This document shows positions 1 to 9,500 of a stretch of 64,000 nucleotides of DNA, piece by piece. The notes below the pieces were generated by a model, which saw only the letters and a program-made list of their open reading frames with translations, was not told the DNA's origin and did no database searches. A program made the translations under genes and the position numbers. Each line of letters starts with the position of its first letter. Within the stretch, counting starts at the first letter, position 1. The DNA comes from Armatimonadota bacterium (GTDB taxonomy: Bacteria > Armatimonadota > UBA5829 > DTLH01): the NCBI GenBank assembly GCA_039680575.1, contig JBDKSP010000023.1:13506-77505 (forward strand), in the 5' to 3' direction.

Positions 1-749
1 TCGGTCACGGTACCGCCGAGGTACACTGGGATGTAGTTGCCGTAGTTGATGTCGGTGACTATGTTGACCGACGGAGCAAGGCTGCCGTTGATCCCCAGGT
101 CCATGTTGCGGACGAAGTCAATTGAGTTGACCAGGTCGCCGCCAGCAGGGCCTTCGGGCTGGAATGCGCGGCCGTCCAGATCGAACGGAGCATTGGTGTC
201 AACGCTCGTTGCGATTGCGAACGGGTCGATCTCGCCGGTAATTTTTACTCTCTGCTGCTCTTTCTCGATAGCATCAACGCGAGCTGCGAGTGAAGCAACG
301 TCTCTCTTGAGAGTGTCGACATCTACGCCAAGGGCTGCGAGCTCATCACGGAACTCGTTTACCAGCCTCTGGATAGAAGCAAGCTGCTCCTGTGTAACTC
401 CAGCAGCTGCAGCAGGCTTCTGCTCCAGAGCGCTTACGCGCTGCTCGAGCTTGTTGACCTGCTCAGGTGTCACGCCACTGGTCATTGTCCCGACTGACTC
501 CATGACTTTCTGCTCGATTACAGGAATCATTCTAGCAACAGCAACGGCGAACTCATAGCGAGTCATAGCCCTGCGGCCACCAAATGTGCCATCAGGATAG
601 CCAATAACTATCCCAGCTTCCTGCAGCTCATTGACTGCATCGTATGCCCAATGATCTGTAGGAACGTCGGCGAACGGGCCCTGGGCAAATGCGTATGATG
701 CAACAAGCATCAACCCCAAGACGAATACGCCAAGTAGAACTTTCTTCAT
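1..749 (-). CDS. SLH-domain envelope-anchoring protein (OmpM/Slp-like), N-terminal part; ORF runs off the left window edge
   Basis: Absent from the ORF track because it is open at position 1. Reverse-strand translation from ATG (complement of 747-749, preceded by AAGGAGGAAGATA) gives MKKVLLGVFVLGLMLVASYAFAQGPFADVPTDHWAYDAVNELQEAGIVIGYPDGTFGGRRAMTRYEFAVAVARM... This is a signal peptide, a canonical SLH motif, then a coiled-coil-like stretch. The + strand ORF 46-558 is its shadow. Confidence 0.8.
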   Translation of the reverse strand, partial: MKKVLLGVFVLGLMLVASYAFAQGPFADVPTDHWAYDAVNELQEAGIVIGYPDGTFGGRRAMTRYEFAVAVARMIPVIEQKVMESVGTMTSGVTPEQVNKLEQRVSALEQKPAAAAGVTQEQLASIQRLVNEFRDELAALGVDVDTLKRDVASLAARVDAIEKEQQRVKITGEIDPFAIATSVDTNAPFDLDGRAFQPEGPAGGDLVNSIDFVRNMDLGINGSLAPSVNIVTDINYGNYIPVYLGGTVT

Positions 750-1065
750 TATCTTCCTCCTTGAATGTCTCTTCGACTTGGCTGGAGGACTGCAGCGCAT
801 TCGAGTCTTACACGGCCAGTATCCAAAGTTTCCTACCCGTGAGATAGACTCGATACGTCTTTTTGTTCCTCCAAGCCTATTACTATCGCCCGACGGTTCT
901 TCAGGCCATTCAAGGTTTTTCACCTCCCTTCCCACCTGTCCGTCTTGAGCGCGATAGCCACTTTTAAGCCTAACGATTGAGCTTGCACGCTAAGCTTTTC
1001 ATTAGCTACTGACGCAGGCAGGCTTGCTTGATTACCTCCATCCCAAAAATATTTGGAAAATAATC

Positions 1066-1225
1066 TAAGAGTTTCGAGTAATGATGTAACAATCTTACGG
1101 ACGCATAACCAGTCACTGATAATGCTGTATCTATTGATTTTACACCTACACTCGAAACTCTCCCGGAAGGAGTTTTGGCTGAAACAATGTTTTATACTCG
1201 CAAATCCGCTTGCCAAAACTCTGTA
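1066..1225. repeat. Family-A two-hairpin repeat, long form
   Basis: Stem AGAGTTTCGAG(1068-1078)/CTCGAAACTCT(1151-1161), then CCCGGAAGG, then stem GAGTTTTGGC/GCCAAAACTC ending 1221. Near-identical copy at 4054-4204. A related TTTCAGGTGA/TCACCTGAAA hairpin follows at 1261-1316. Confidence 0.7.
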
Positions 1226-1523
1226 TATTGACTGCCTAGTTTGTCAGGCTATTTAAGGATTTTCAGGTGAGTTCAAGATGAGCGCAAACCATCACATTAA
1301 CTCATCACCTGAAAGTTTATATACTACTTCCCCTCAAGCTAAAGCGCTAAACCCGGAGCCTGCCGGAGCCTATTTGAAAAGAGATTCGAAATTTGAAGGA
1401 TATTGGCCGGATTGCGGCTAATTGAATATGGAACACATCGATGGTACCGCGTAGGCATAGATTTTTGGTAATAGTTGGCATACGATTGGTTATTATGAAA
1501 ATAGTCGAAAATCAACAGGTGAT

Positions 1524-2855
1524 ATGATGAAATCTCGATTGCTTATTCTGGGAATTCTCGCACTTGCAGTTATCGCTCTGGTTCTGCCGGTATATGCAGC
1601 TAACGCACCGGTCCATGTACTTAAGCTCGACGGCCCCATTGAGCCCACAATAGCCCAGTACATCATATCGGGCATAGAAAGAGCCGAGAGTGAGCGGGCT
1701 GCCGCCGTCGTAATTCAGATGGACACGCCTGGCGGGCTTCTTACGTCCACGACGGATATAGTCAGGACGATGCTGGAATCGCGCGTGCCGGTGATCGTCT
1801 ATGTATCCCCCAAGACGGCGCGTGCAGCATCTGCAGGCACCTTCATCACGCTCGCATCGAATATCGCCGTTATGGCACCGGATACCAGGATCGGGTCTGC
1901 CCACCCGGTTATGATAACCCCTGGAGGCAACTCAGAGGGTTCGGACAACGTCATGATGGAAAAGGTTGTAAACGACTCAGTTTCGTTCATTAAGTCGATT
2001 GCCAAGGAACGCGGCAGGAACGAAGCGTGGGCTGAAGCTGCAGTCAGAAAATCGGCCAATATCACAGCGGAAGAAGCCGTCAAGAAGAATGTCGTGGACT
2101 TCATCGCCGTAAATATGCAGGACCTGCTGAACAAGTCCGACGGCAGGACAGTCATGACAAAAACCGGAGATGTGACACTTTCCGTAAAAAACGCGCCGGT
2201 CGTGGAATTCGACATGCCATGGTATAAGCTGCTCCTGCACTATCTGGCCGATTCGAATGTCTCGTTTATCCTGCTTCTTCTTGCCATCTATGGGATTATT
2301 TTCGAAATACAGACCCCCGGAGCCACGCTTCCCGGCGTCATCGGTGTGGTTTCGTTTATTCTTTTCCTGTATTCTCTCAGCGTGCTGCCGGTAAACTTCT
2401 CCGGGCTTCTTCTGGTGATTATCGGAATCGGAATGATGATCGCCGACATCAAGATCGTAAGCCACGGTGTTTTAAGCATCGGAGGGGTCTTATCGTTCTT
2501 CTTCGGTGTGTTGATACTCTTCGGAAGCAGGTCGCCTGAGTTCAGAATATCCATGACGCTCCTTATCGCCGGAACACTGGTCACAGCCGCGTTCTTTATA
2601 TTCCTTGTCGGGTTGGGAGTGCGCGCGCTGATGCGCCCCGTGGTAACGGGAAGAGAAGGTGTCGTAGGCCGGGTGCTGCTGGCAAAAACCGACATCGCAC
2701 CGACCGGAAAGGTCTTTACGGAAGGTGCCTGGTGGACAGCCGAAACCACCGGAGAACCGATCAACAAAGGAGATGCAATCAGAATTGTCGGTATGGACGG
2801 CCTTAAGATGATAGTCGTCAAAGAAAGTGATAAATCAAAGGAGGAGTTGGCGTAA
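1524..2855 (+). CDS. NfeD-family membrane-bound ClpP-class serine protease
   Basis: 443 aa. Signal/anchor MMKSRLLILGILALAVIALVLPVYA; ClpP-like region VVIQMDTPGGLLTSTTDIV...SAGTFITLASN; multiple TM helices; C-terminal NfeD OB domain GREGVVGRVLLAKTDIAPTGKVFTEGAWWTAET. Its stop overlaps the start of the downstream SPFH gene, the classic NfeD-stomatin pairing. Confidence 0.85.
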   Translation: MMKSRLLILGILALAVIALVLPVYAANAPVHVLKLDGPIEPTIAQYIISGIERAESERAAAVVIQMDTPGGLLTSTTDIVRTMLESRVPVIVYVSPKTARAASAGTFITLASNIAVMAPDTRIGSAHPVMITPGGNSEGSDNVMMEKVVNDSVSFIKSIAKERGRNEAWAEAAVRKSANITAEEAVKKNVVDFIAVNMQDLLNKSDGRTVMTKTGDVTLSVKNAPVVEFDMPWYKLLLHYLADSNVSFILLLLAIYGIIFEIQTPGATLPGVIGVVSFILFLYSLSVLPVNFSGLLLVIIGIGMMIADIKIVSHGVLSIGGVLSFFFGVLILFGSRSPEFRISMTLLIAGTLVTAAFFIFLVGLGVRALMRPVVTGREGVVGRVLLAKTDIAPTGKVFTEGAWWTAETTGEPINKGDAIRIVGMDGLKMIVVKESDKSKEELA

Positions 2856-3613
2856 TGTTATTTGTGGGAATCCTGGTAATTGCCGTTGCATTGATAATCA
2901 TGAGCGCGATCAGGATTATCAGAGAGTGGGAGAGGGGCGTACTGCTCAGACTGGGACGGTTTCACTCGGTCAAAACCCCGGGTGTCAGATTCGTCTGGCC
3001 TGTCATCGACAAGCTGTGGGTTACGGACCTCAGGATCGTGACAATGGATGTCGCAAAGCAGGAAATGATGACCACTGACAATGTCCCAGTAACAGTGGAT
3101 GCAGTCATCTATTTCCAGATCGTCAACGCGGAGTCCGCCATCATAAAGGTTGAGAATTACGTAAAGGCAACTTATTTGATCGCGCAGACTACACTGAGAA
3201 GCGTGGTCGGACAGTCGGAACTGGACGAACTCCTCGCACAGCGCGACAAATTGAACATGCAACTCCAGACGATCATCGACGAACAGACCGAGCCTTGGGG
3301 AATCAAGGTAACGGCTGTCGAGATCAGGGATGTCGTGCTGCCTGAGAGCATGAAGCGCGCGATGGCAAGACAGGCAGAAGTCGAAAGAGAGCGCCGCGCC
3401 AAAATCATCAACGCCGAAGGCGAATTCCAGGCCGCTCAGAAACTATCCGATGCGGCGCTCATTATCGGCCAGCATCCTGAGGCACTTCAGCTCAGGTATC
3501 TGCAGACTCTGACAGAGGTTGCGGCAGAACACAACTCAACAACGCTTTTCCCAATACCTATCGATCTTCTCACGCCGTTCTTGAAGAAGATTACAGCCGG
3601 TAAGGAAGAATAA
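2855..3613 (+). CDS. SPFH/band-7 (stomatin/slipin-like) membrane protein
   Basis: 252 aa. N-terminal TM, then IRIIREWERGVLLRLGRFHSVKTPGVRFVWPVID and a coiled-coil RQAEVERERRAKIINAEGE typical of prokaryotic stomatins. ATG overlaps the NfeD stop at 2855. Confidence 0.9.
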   Translation: MLFVGILVIAVALIIMSAIRIIREWERGVLLRLGRFHSVKTPGVRFVWPVIDKLWVTDLRIVTMDVAKQEMMTTDNVPVTVDAVIYFQIVNAESAIIKVENYVKATYLIAQTTLRSVVGQSELDELLAQRDKLNMQLQTIIDEQTEPWGIKVTAVEIRDVVLPESMKRAMARQAEVERERRAKIINAEGEFQAAQKLSDAALIIGQHPEALQLRYLQTLTEVAAEHNSTTLFPIPIDLLTPFLKKITAGKEE

Positions 3614-3687
3614 ACTTCAAAAGAGTGTATCTGTTTTGCAAATAATCTCTAAAAGCCGGGCAAATGTACGGTAATAAATAATTAGAT

Positions 3688-3750
3688 AAAGCCCGCTGCG
3701 GCATGGCGGATTGTTGAGACGGTCGCTGCCGGTTAGCGGGCTTATATTTG
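3688..3750 (+). terminator. Possible terminator hairpin after the NfeD-stomatin operon
   Basis: AAAGCCCGCT (3688-3697) pairs with AGCGGGCTT (3735-3743), followed by ATATTTG. The loop is long (~37 nt), so this is weak. Confidence 0.3.
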
Positions 3751-3810
3751 CAATACGGAACGCCGCACCCGACTCACTCAGCTCGCCCTAACGCGGCGCT
3801 CCGTATTGCA
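3749..3810. repeat. 18-bp-stem inverted repeat (large hairpin)
   Basis: TGCAATACGGAACGCCGC (3749-3766) versus GCGGCGCTCCGTATTGCA (3793-3810). One mismatch, 26-nt loop. Confidence 0.6.
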
Positions 3811-3936
3811 TTATTCCCCCGGAATATCCCAGTAATTTTCACACTATATGTGGCACGGTTCTTGCGTCTACTATTTACAGGATACAACAAGCATCCATTC
3901 TTCTCCAAAACGTGAGGCCTTTTCTTTTCCGTTAAC

Positions 3937-3965
3937 ACCCGCCAAGGATGGGCGGGTAATTTTTT
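3937..3965 (+). terminator. Orphan Rho-independent terminator
   Basis: ACCCGCC-AAGGATG-GGCGGGT followed by AATTTTTT. It lies ~320 nt after the nearest upstream + strand stop, and there is no T-run on the opposite strand. Confidence 0.45.
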
Positions 3966-4013
3966 GTACAGGACATCAATCAGCGTAAGCCCTCGTCCCA
4001 TCTCGTTTTATCT

Positions 4014-4043
4014 CTTTCTTCCTTTCACGTTTTCGTGATAAAA
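4014..4043. repeat. Word-arm motif CTTTCTTCCTTTCACGTTTTCGTGATAAAA shared with the 28.1 kb and 29.5 kb elements
   Basis: Compare 29471-29497 CTTTCTTCCTTTCGCGTTTTCGTGATA and 28119-28140 TTTTCTTCCTTTCGTGATAAAA. Confidence 0.6.
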
Positions 4044-4053
4044 TCTCCATGCT

Positions 4054-4204
4054 AAAGAGTTTCAGGTAATGGTGTAACAGTCCCGCGGACACATAACCAG
4101 TCACGGATAATGCTGCATCTATTTTTTTACGCTTACACTCGAAACTCTCCCGGAAGAGTTTTGGCTGAAATGATATTCGTTACACCAACTGCCAAAACTC
4201 TGTA
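4054..4204. repeat. Family-A two-hairpin repeat, long form, abutting the araB RBS
   Basis: Aligns along its length with 1066-1225 (AGAGTTTCAGGTAATGGTGTAAC...CTCGAAACTCTCCCGGAAGAGTTTTGGCTGAAA...GCCAAAACTCTGTA). It ends at 4204 and GAAGGAGG of araB starts at 4205. Confidence 0.7.
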
Positions 4205-4218
4205 GAAGGAGGCGGAAG

Positions 4219-5877
4219 ATGTCGAAATATACGCTTGGAATTGATTTCGGGACCCTTTCAGGGCGCGCGGTGCTAGTCGATGCCGAAAATGGGCGGGAAA
4301 CGGCAACATCGGTCTATGAATATGCCCACAAGGTTATAGATGACCGCCTGCCGGAGACAAACGAGAAGCTTCCACCGGACTGGGCGCTTCAGGACCCGGC
4401 GGATTACCTTAGGACATTGGTTTTGACCGTTCCGGACGTTCTGAAGAAGGCAAAAGTTTCGCCAGCGGATGTAATCGGGATAGGTATCGACTTTACGGCC
4501 TGCACCTTGATCCCGATCGATGCGAACCGCCAGCCTCTTTCTTTCGACCCCAGGTGGAAGAAGAACCCTCATGCCTGGACCAAGCTGTGGAAACATCATG
4601 CCGCCCAACCCGAAGCGAACCGGATAAACGAACTCGCGCAAGAGATGAGCGAGCCCTGGCTGGAGCGCTACGGCGGCAAAATATCGTCCGAGTGGTTCTT
4701 CTCAAAGACGCTGCAGATATTAAACGAAGCTCCTGAGGTCTACGAAGCTGCCGATAAGCTGATCGAAGCCGGCGACTGGGTAGTGATGATCCTTACCGGG
4801 AAGGAATGCCGGAATGCCTGCGCTGCGGGCTACAAGGCCACCTGGTCCAAACGCGAGGGTTACCCGTCGAAGGAGTTCCTGAAGGCGCTTCATCCCAGAC
4901 TGGAAAATGTGGTGGATGAGAAGATGTCGTGCGATATCTATCCCGTAGGCACCAAGGCCGGTGATCTTCTGCCTGAGATGGCGGAGCGCATGGGGCTTTG
5001 CCCCGGGACAGCGGTATCCGTGGCCTCGATAGACGCGCACGTGGCGCTCCCTGCAGCGACTGTTACGGAACCTGGCAAGATGGTGATGATTATGGGAACG
5101 TCCACTTGCCTTATGGCGCTCGGTAATGAGCCGGTAATCGTCCCAGGAACAAGCGGGTACGTCGAAGACGGCATCATCCCAGGCTACATCGGGTTCGAGG
5201 CCGGCCAGGCCTGCGGTGGAGACCACCTGGCGTGGTTCGTCGAGAACTGTGTTCCGGTCGAATACTCTGCTGAAGCAAAAGAACGAGGAATTTCCGTCCA
5301 TGACCTGCTTTCGGAGAAAGCGGCGAAGCTCGAGCCCGGCGAAAGCGGGCTGATCGCGCTGGACTGGTGGAACGGAAACCGCTCCGTGCTTGTGGATACG
5401 GACCTTACAGGGATGATACTCGGCCTGACGCTCTCAACGAAGCCTGAAGAGGCGTATCGCGCGCTGATAGAGGCTACGGCATTCGGAACGAGGATGATAA
5501 TCGACACCTACGAAGCCCACGGAGTCGAAATTAACGAGCTTTATGCCTGCGGAGGGCTGGTGGAGCGAAACCCTGTGCTGATGCAGATATACTCGGACGT
5601 GACAGGCCGGGAACTGAAGATAGCTGCATCGTCACAGACAGTCGCGCTCGGTTCCGCGATATTCGGAGCGCTCGCGGCTGGAAAAGCGGCAGGAGGATAT
5701 GACAACGTAGCTGAAGCCGTAAAACATATGGCTCATGTGAAAGAAGAGATGTATCATCCGTCGGCAAAGGGCCACGAGGTCTACACGAGGCTTTACGAAG
5801 AGTACAAAACCCTGCACGATTACTTCGGACGCGGCGCAAACGACGTGATGAAACGCCTGAAAGCGTTCAGAAAGTAA
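4219..5877 (+). CDS. araB: Ribulokinase (FGGY carbohydrate kinase family)
   Basis: 552 aa. N-terminus MSKYTLGIDFGTLSGRAVLVD closely resembles Bacillus-type AraB; length and FGGY motifs fit; RBS GAAGGAGG. Confidence 0.88.
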   Translation: MSKYTLGIDFGTLSGRAVLVDAENGRETATSVYEYAHKVIDDRLPETNEKLPPDWALQDPADYLRTLVLTVPDVLKKAKVSPADVIGIGIDFTACTLIPIDANRQPLSFDPRWKKNPHAWTKLWKHHAAQPEANRINELAQEMSEPWLERYGGKISSEWFFSKTLQILNEAPEVYEAADKLIEAGDWVVMILTGKECRNACAAGYKATWSKREGYPSKEFLKALHPRLENVVDEKMSCDIYPVGTKAGDLLPEMAERMGLCPGTAVSVASIDAHVALPAATVTEPGKMVMIMGTSTCLMALGNEPVIVPGTSGYVEDGIIPGYIGFEAGQACGGDHLAWFVENCVPVEYSAEAKERGISVHDLLSEKAAKLEPGESGLIALDWWNGNRSVLVDTDLTGMILGLTLSTKPEEAYRALIEATAFGTRMIIDTYEAHGVEINELYACGGLVERNPVLMQIYSDVTGRELKIAASSQTVALGSAIFGALAAGKAAGGYDNVAEAVKHMAHVKEEMYHPSAKGHEVYTRLYEEYKTLHDYFGRGANDVMKRLKAFRK

Positions 5878-5879
5878 TT

Positions 5880-6180
5880 CTTATCGCTGGCGGCTATTGC
5901 GGCAGAGCGCAGGGATTAGTGGAGAATCGTGCTTCGGGACGAAAAGCATACAAGCATAAAAAAAGGGCATGGATGCCCTGGAGAATGGGGACCGGGGCAT
6001 GGATCCCCCGGTCCATCAGATACTGGCGTCCACAACGTCATGCTGAACTTGATTCAGCATCCAGGAAAGCTTATCAAATTGGTGGAAGATTGTGTTTCGG
6101 GACGAACTGCGGTCCCGAAACATATGAAAAAATCTCCACCTTCCGCGTTTCCCATTATTCCGCGTCTCCGCGGTTCAAAT
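5880..6180. repeat. Composite family-C/B structured repeat block (MITE/REP-like)
   Basis: Contains GTGGAGAATCGTGCTTCGGGACGAAAAGCAT and GGGCATGGATGCCCTGGAGAATGGGGACCGGGGCATGGATCCCCCGGTCCATCAG (inverse of 40270-40325). Also the family-B hairpin ATGCTGAACTTGATTCAGCAT (6041-6061) and a complete mini-unit GGTGGAAGATT...GTTTCGGGAC/GTCCCGAAAC...AATCTCCACC. The arm CCTTCCGCGTTTCCCATTATTCCGCGTCTCCGCGGTTC is the inverse of 23110-23150. Confidence 0.65.
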
Positions 6181-6188
6181 ACTGACGG

Positions 6189-6386
6189 CTATTCCTCCTC
6201 CTCTTCTTCCTTGGGTGTAAAGTGTTCCTGCGCGCCTTCGGTCTGGGCTATCTCCCAGGCTTCATCTTCCGTTAGCTCTTTGTCTTTTACTACCTGCTCG
6301 ACTTTGACTCTGTCAGCTTCTTCATCGAGTGCGCGTTTTGCGCGCTCCTCGGTCTCCGTATATTTTTTCTGCCTGTCATCCGCCAT
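6189..6386 (-). CDS. Small acidic hypothetical protein (65 aa from internal ATG)
   Basis: MADDRQKKYTETEERAKRALDEEADRVKVEQVVKDKELTEDEAWEIAQTEGAQEHFTPKEEEEEE. ATG at complement 6384-6386 is preceded by AGAGGACG. No recognisable family. Confidence 0.35.
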   Translation of the reverse strand: MADDRQKKYTETEERAKRALDEEADRVKVEQVVKDKELTEDEAWEIAQTEGAQEHFTPKEEEEEE

Positions 6387-6527
6387 AATATCACGTCCTC
6401 TGCTCGATTTGAGCTTTGTAATAAGTGTAACCCTAAGCCCAAATGAATAAACCGCGGCAGATATAAAAAATGGGCCATGGGAGTTAACCCCATGACCCAT
6501 GTGAGTCTATTATTTACAGCTGGTAGG

Positions 6528-9500
6528 TTACGGCTTGTGCCCGTCACCGTCTACGATAGCGTACTCCGGCTCAATTTCCATTCCCGGATTCGGGATTGGA
6601 GTGTCCGGATTCTCTCTATGTCCCATCCTTCTTCTAAACGCATTCCACCAGTCGTCTACGATAGTATACGTGGTCGGAATGACCAGAAGGGTCAGCAATG
6701 TCGAGAGGATAAGCCCTCCGATAACGGCAACAGCCATAGGCGCACGCCACTCGGCGCCTTTCGCAAGCGCGAGAGCTGTTGGCGTCATACCACCGACCAT
6801 AGCCAGAGTCGTCATCATAATAGGCCTGAGCCTCGTCGGTCCGGCTTCGAGCACCGCTTCGTTTCTGGTATAGCCCCGCTCCCGGAGCGTATTCGTATAG
6901 TCGATAAGGAGAATCGCGTTCTTCGTCACGAGACCGACCAGCATGATGATACCGATCATCGTAACAATCGAGATCGTGTGCCCTGTAATCATGAGCGCCA
7001 GAAGCGCCCCGATCATAGCCTGCGGTAGGCTGAACATGATGACAAGCGGAGTGATGAACGATTCGAACAACGCTCCCATCAACATGTAGACCAGTGCAAT
7101 TGCAAGGAAGAGTGCGCTGATCATATAGCCGAAGCTCTCATTCATCAACTCGCTGCTTCCGCCGATGGATATCCTGGTCGAACCGGTCGGGATCTCCTTA
7201 ATGGCCTTGTTGATCTGACTCTGAACATTAGCCAGCTTGTAACCTCCCGCCGAATCGATATTGGCGCCGATGGTAATCAACCTCTGCCTGTTCTTTCGGT
7301 CGATCTTATTCGGAGCGGCAGCAAGCTTGACATCGGCCACATCACGCAGATAGACCGGTGTGCCGCCCTGGCTGCCGATAATCACGTTACTGACATCCTC
7401 TATGCTTTCGCGCTCCGGTTTGGCGAGCTGGACACGAATGTCATATTCATCACCCTGGTCTCTGAGCTTCGCGTCGGTGTTACCGACGATCGACGTTCTG
7501 ACCGCGCTCGCAACCTGCGACACGCTCATTCCATGGTCAGCAGCGCGAAGTCTGTCCACAGCGATCTGGAGTTCAGGTTTGCCCAGTTCCCAGGAGTTTT
7601 TGATATTGATTACTCCGGGGACCTTCGCCATCTTTGACTGGACCTGGTTCGCTACAAGGACCATTTCATCCATATTCGATCCGGTGATTTCCATCTGGAC
7701 CGGCTGACCGCCTGCGCCAACATTGCTTGCAGCCGAGATCCTGATCGTGGCACCCGGAATGAGCGCCGTATCCTGGCTGAGCTGCGACATGAATTCATCT
7801 TGTGACATTGGCCGCTCTTTCCCCTTGTCGAGCAGCTTCACATCTATCGTAGCGTATTGGGAACCGCTGGACAGTGAAATACGGCCTCCGCCTCCCGCGC
7901 CGACAGTAGACTGATAATACTTTACACCCTTTTTCCCGGCCAGTGTCCCTTCTATCTGCCTGACCACCCGGTCCGTAGCATCCAACCCGCTTCCGGCAGG
8001 CAGTTCTACCGAGACGGTGACATTACCCCGGTCAGACTCCGGCATGAACTCTCCGCCAATCGGGAAGTGAACGAATAAAGCCAGAAGAACCATTGTTGCA
8101 CCGAATACCAGAGCAACAACCTTTGTTTTAGGATTAAAGGCAGCTATCAAGAGCGGCACACCTGCTGCAATAACCGCTGTAACTATCCTGAATTTGGTCG
8201 AAACAGGCATCATTGCCAAAACAGTCAGAAGCGATATAAGTCCTATTGCGACTACCATCGCCCGGTTTTCAAGCGCCCAAGCAAGGACGCCTCGATAACC
8301 CCTGTCGAGTTTAGCATAGAACGCTTCGACCTTATCGAATATCCGCCCTGTCCGGGTGCGGTGAGCCCGTTCTTCGGTAGCTTCCTCTTCTTCCTTCGAT
8401 CTCAACCACCTGGATGCAAGCATAGGTGTCAGTGTGAACGACATGAAGAGCGAGAAAAGCGTCGCCGTCGCGATAGTTATACCGAACTGGCGGAAGAACT
8501 GGCCTACGATGCCGCCCATGAACGCAATCGGGACGAAGACTACTACATCCACGAGTGTAATCGCAATAGCGGCAAGTCCGATCTCGGACCGTCCATTGAG
8601 CGCCGCTTCAGGCGGCGATTCGCCTTTCCTGACGTGACGTTCGATATTCTCGAGTACTACAATTGAGTCGTCTACCAGGATCCCGACGCAGAGCGAGAGC
8701 GCCAGCATCGTCATCATGTTCATAGTAAACCCGAACGAAGAAATCGGCAGGAACGTTGCAACGAGCGATGTAGGAATCGCAAATGCGACGATCATCGTAG
8801 CTCTTCCCGAATGAAGGAACAGGAAGACGATCAGGACGACCAGAATAATACCTTCCAAAAGCGACTGGTTTACGTCATGCAGTGCGTCTTTAACGAACTC
8901 GGAATCATCGTTCGTGATTACAAGTTTCGTACCTGCAGGGAGCTGACCCTTGACCTTATTGCCTTTATCATCCGTGTAACCGTTAAAGAAGTCGATATCC
9001 TTTTTAATGCCATCAGCAACCTCGACGACATTAGCGTCGGACTGCTTCTGGACAGACAGGATGACCGCGCTTTTGCCGTTCAGCCGAACAAACTCCTCGG
9101 GTTCCTTAACCGTATCCTGCACGGTGGCGATATCACCGAGCCTGACCGTGCCGCCTCCCGGAGCTTGGATCTTGATGTTCGCGATTTCGTTCGCATCCTT
9201 GAACTCACCAACAGTCCTGACGGCGTAACTTCGTATCTCTTTACCGCCGGCACCTTCTTTGATCGATCCTGAAGGCAGGTTCAGGTTCTCCGCCTTCATC
9301 TCCTGGGCAACCTGGTTTATGGAAAGCCCGTAGGCCTGCAGCCGGTCTCTGTCTATTGAAACTGAGACCTCCCGCTCTTCACCGCCGTTTATGTAGACAG
9401 CCGCCGCCCCGCTGACGCTGGACAGTTTGTCCTTGATAGTCTTATCGGCAAGGATCCTAAGGTCTCTGCCGGACTTGTTGCCGCTCTCGAGAGCCATCGT

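Noticed and set aside
46-558. 170-aa + strand ORF at the left edge
   Set aside because: It is the antisense shadow of the clearly coding SLH-domain gene on the minus strand (1-749). It has an Ala/Ser/Thr/Cys-rich nonsense composition and no RBS.
920-1256. ORFs 920-1216 (-) and 1053-1256 (+)
   Set aside because: Both lie inside the family-A repeat copy. The equivalent region of the second copy (4054-4204) does not conserve either reading frame. There is no RBS.
3774-4001. 75-aa minus-strand ORF in the stomatin-araB gap
   Set aside because: No RBS and an Arg/Lys-rich odd composition. It overlaps the + strand terminator hairpin. The region is treated instead as a possible non-coding RNA region.
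4273-5839. Multiple long antisense or alternative-frame ORFs within araB (e.g. 4720-5301 -, 5184-5507 -)
   Set aside because: These are typical GC-rich shadow ORFs. The araB frame has unambiguous family motifs.
5919-6547. ORFs 5919-6185, 5929-6450 (+) and 6290-6547 (-)
   Set aside because: They run through the family-C/B repeat block and into the antisense of the small acidic ORF. Their low-complexity Ser-rich translations and lack of RBS argue against coding.
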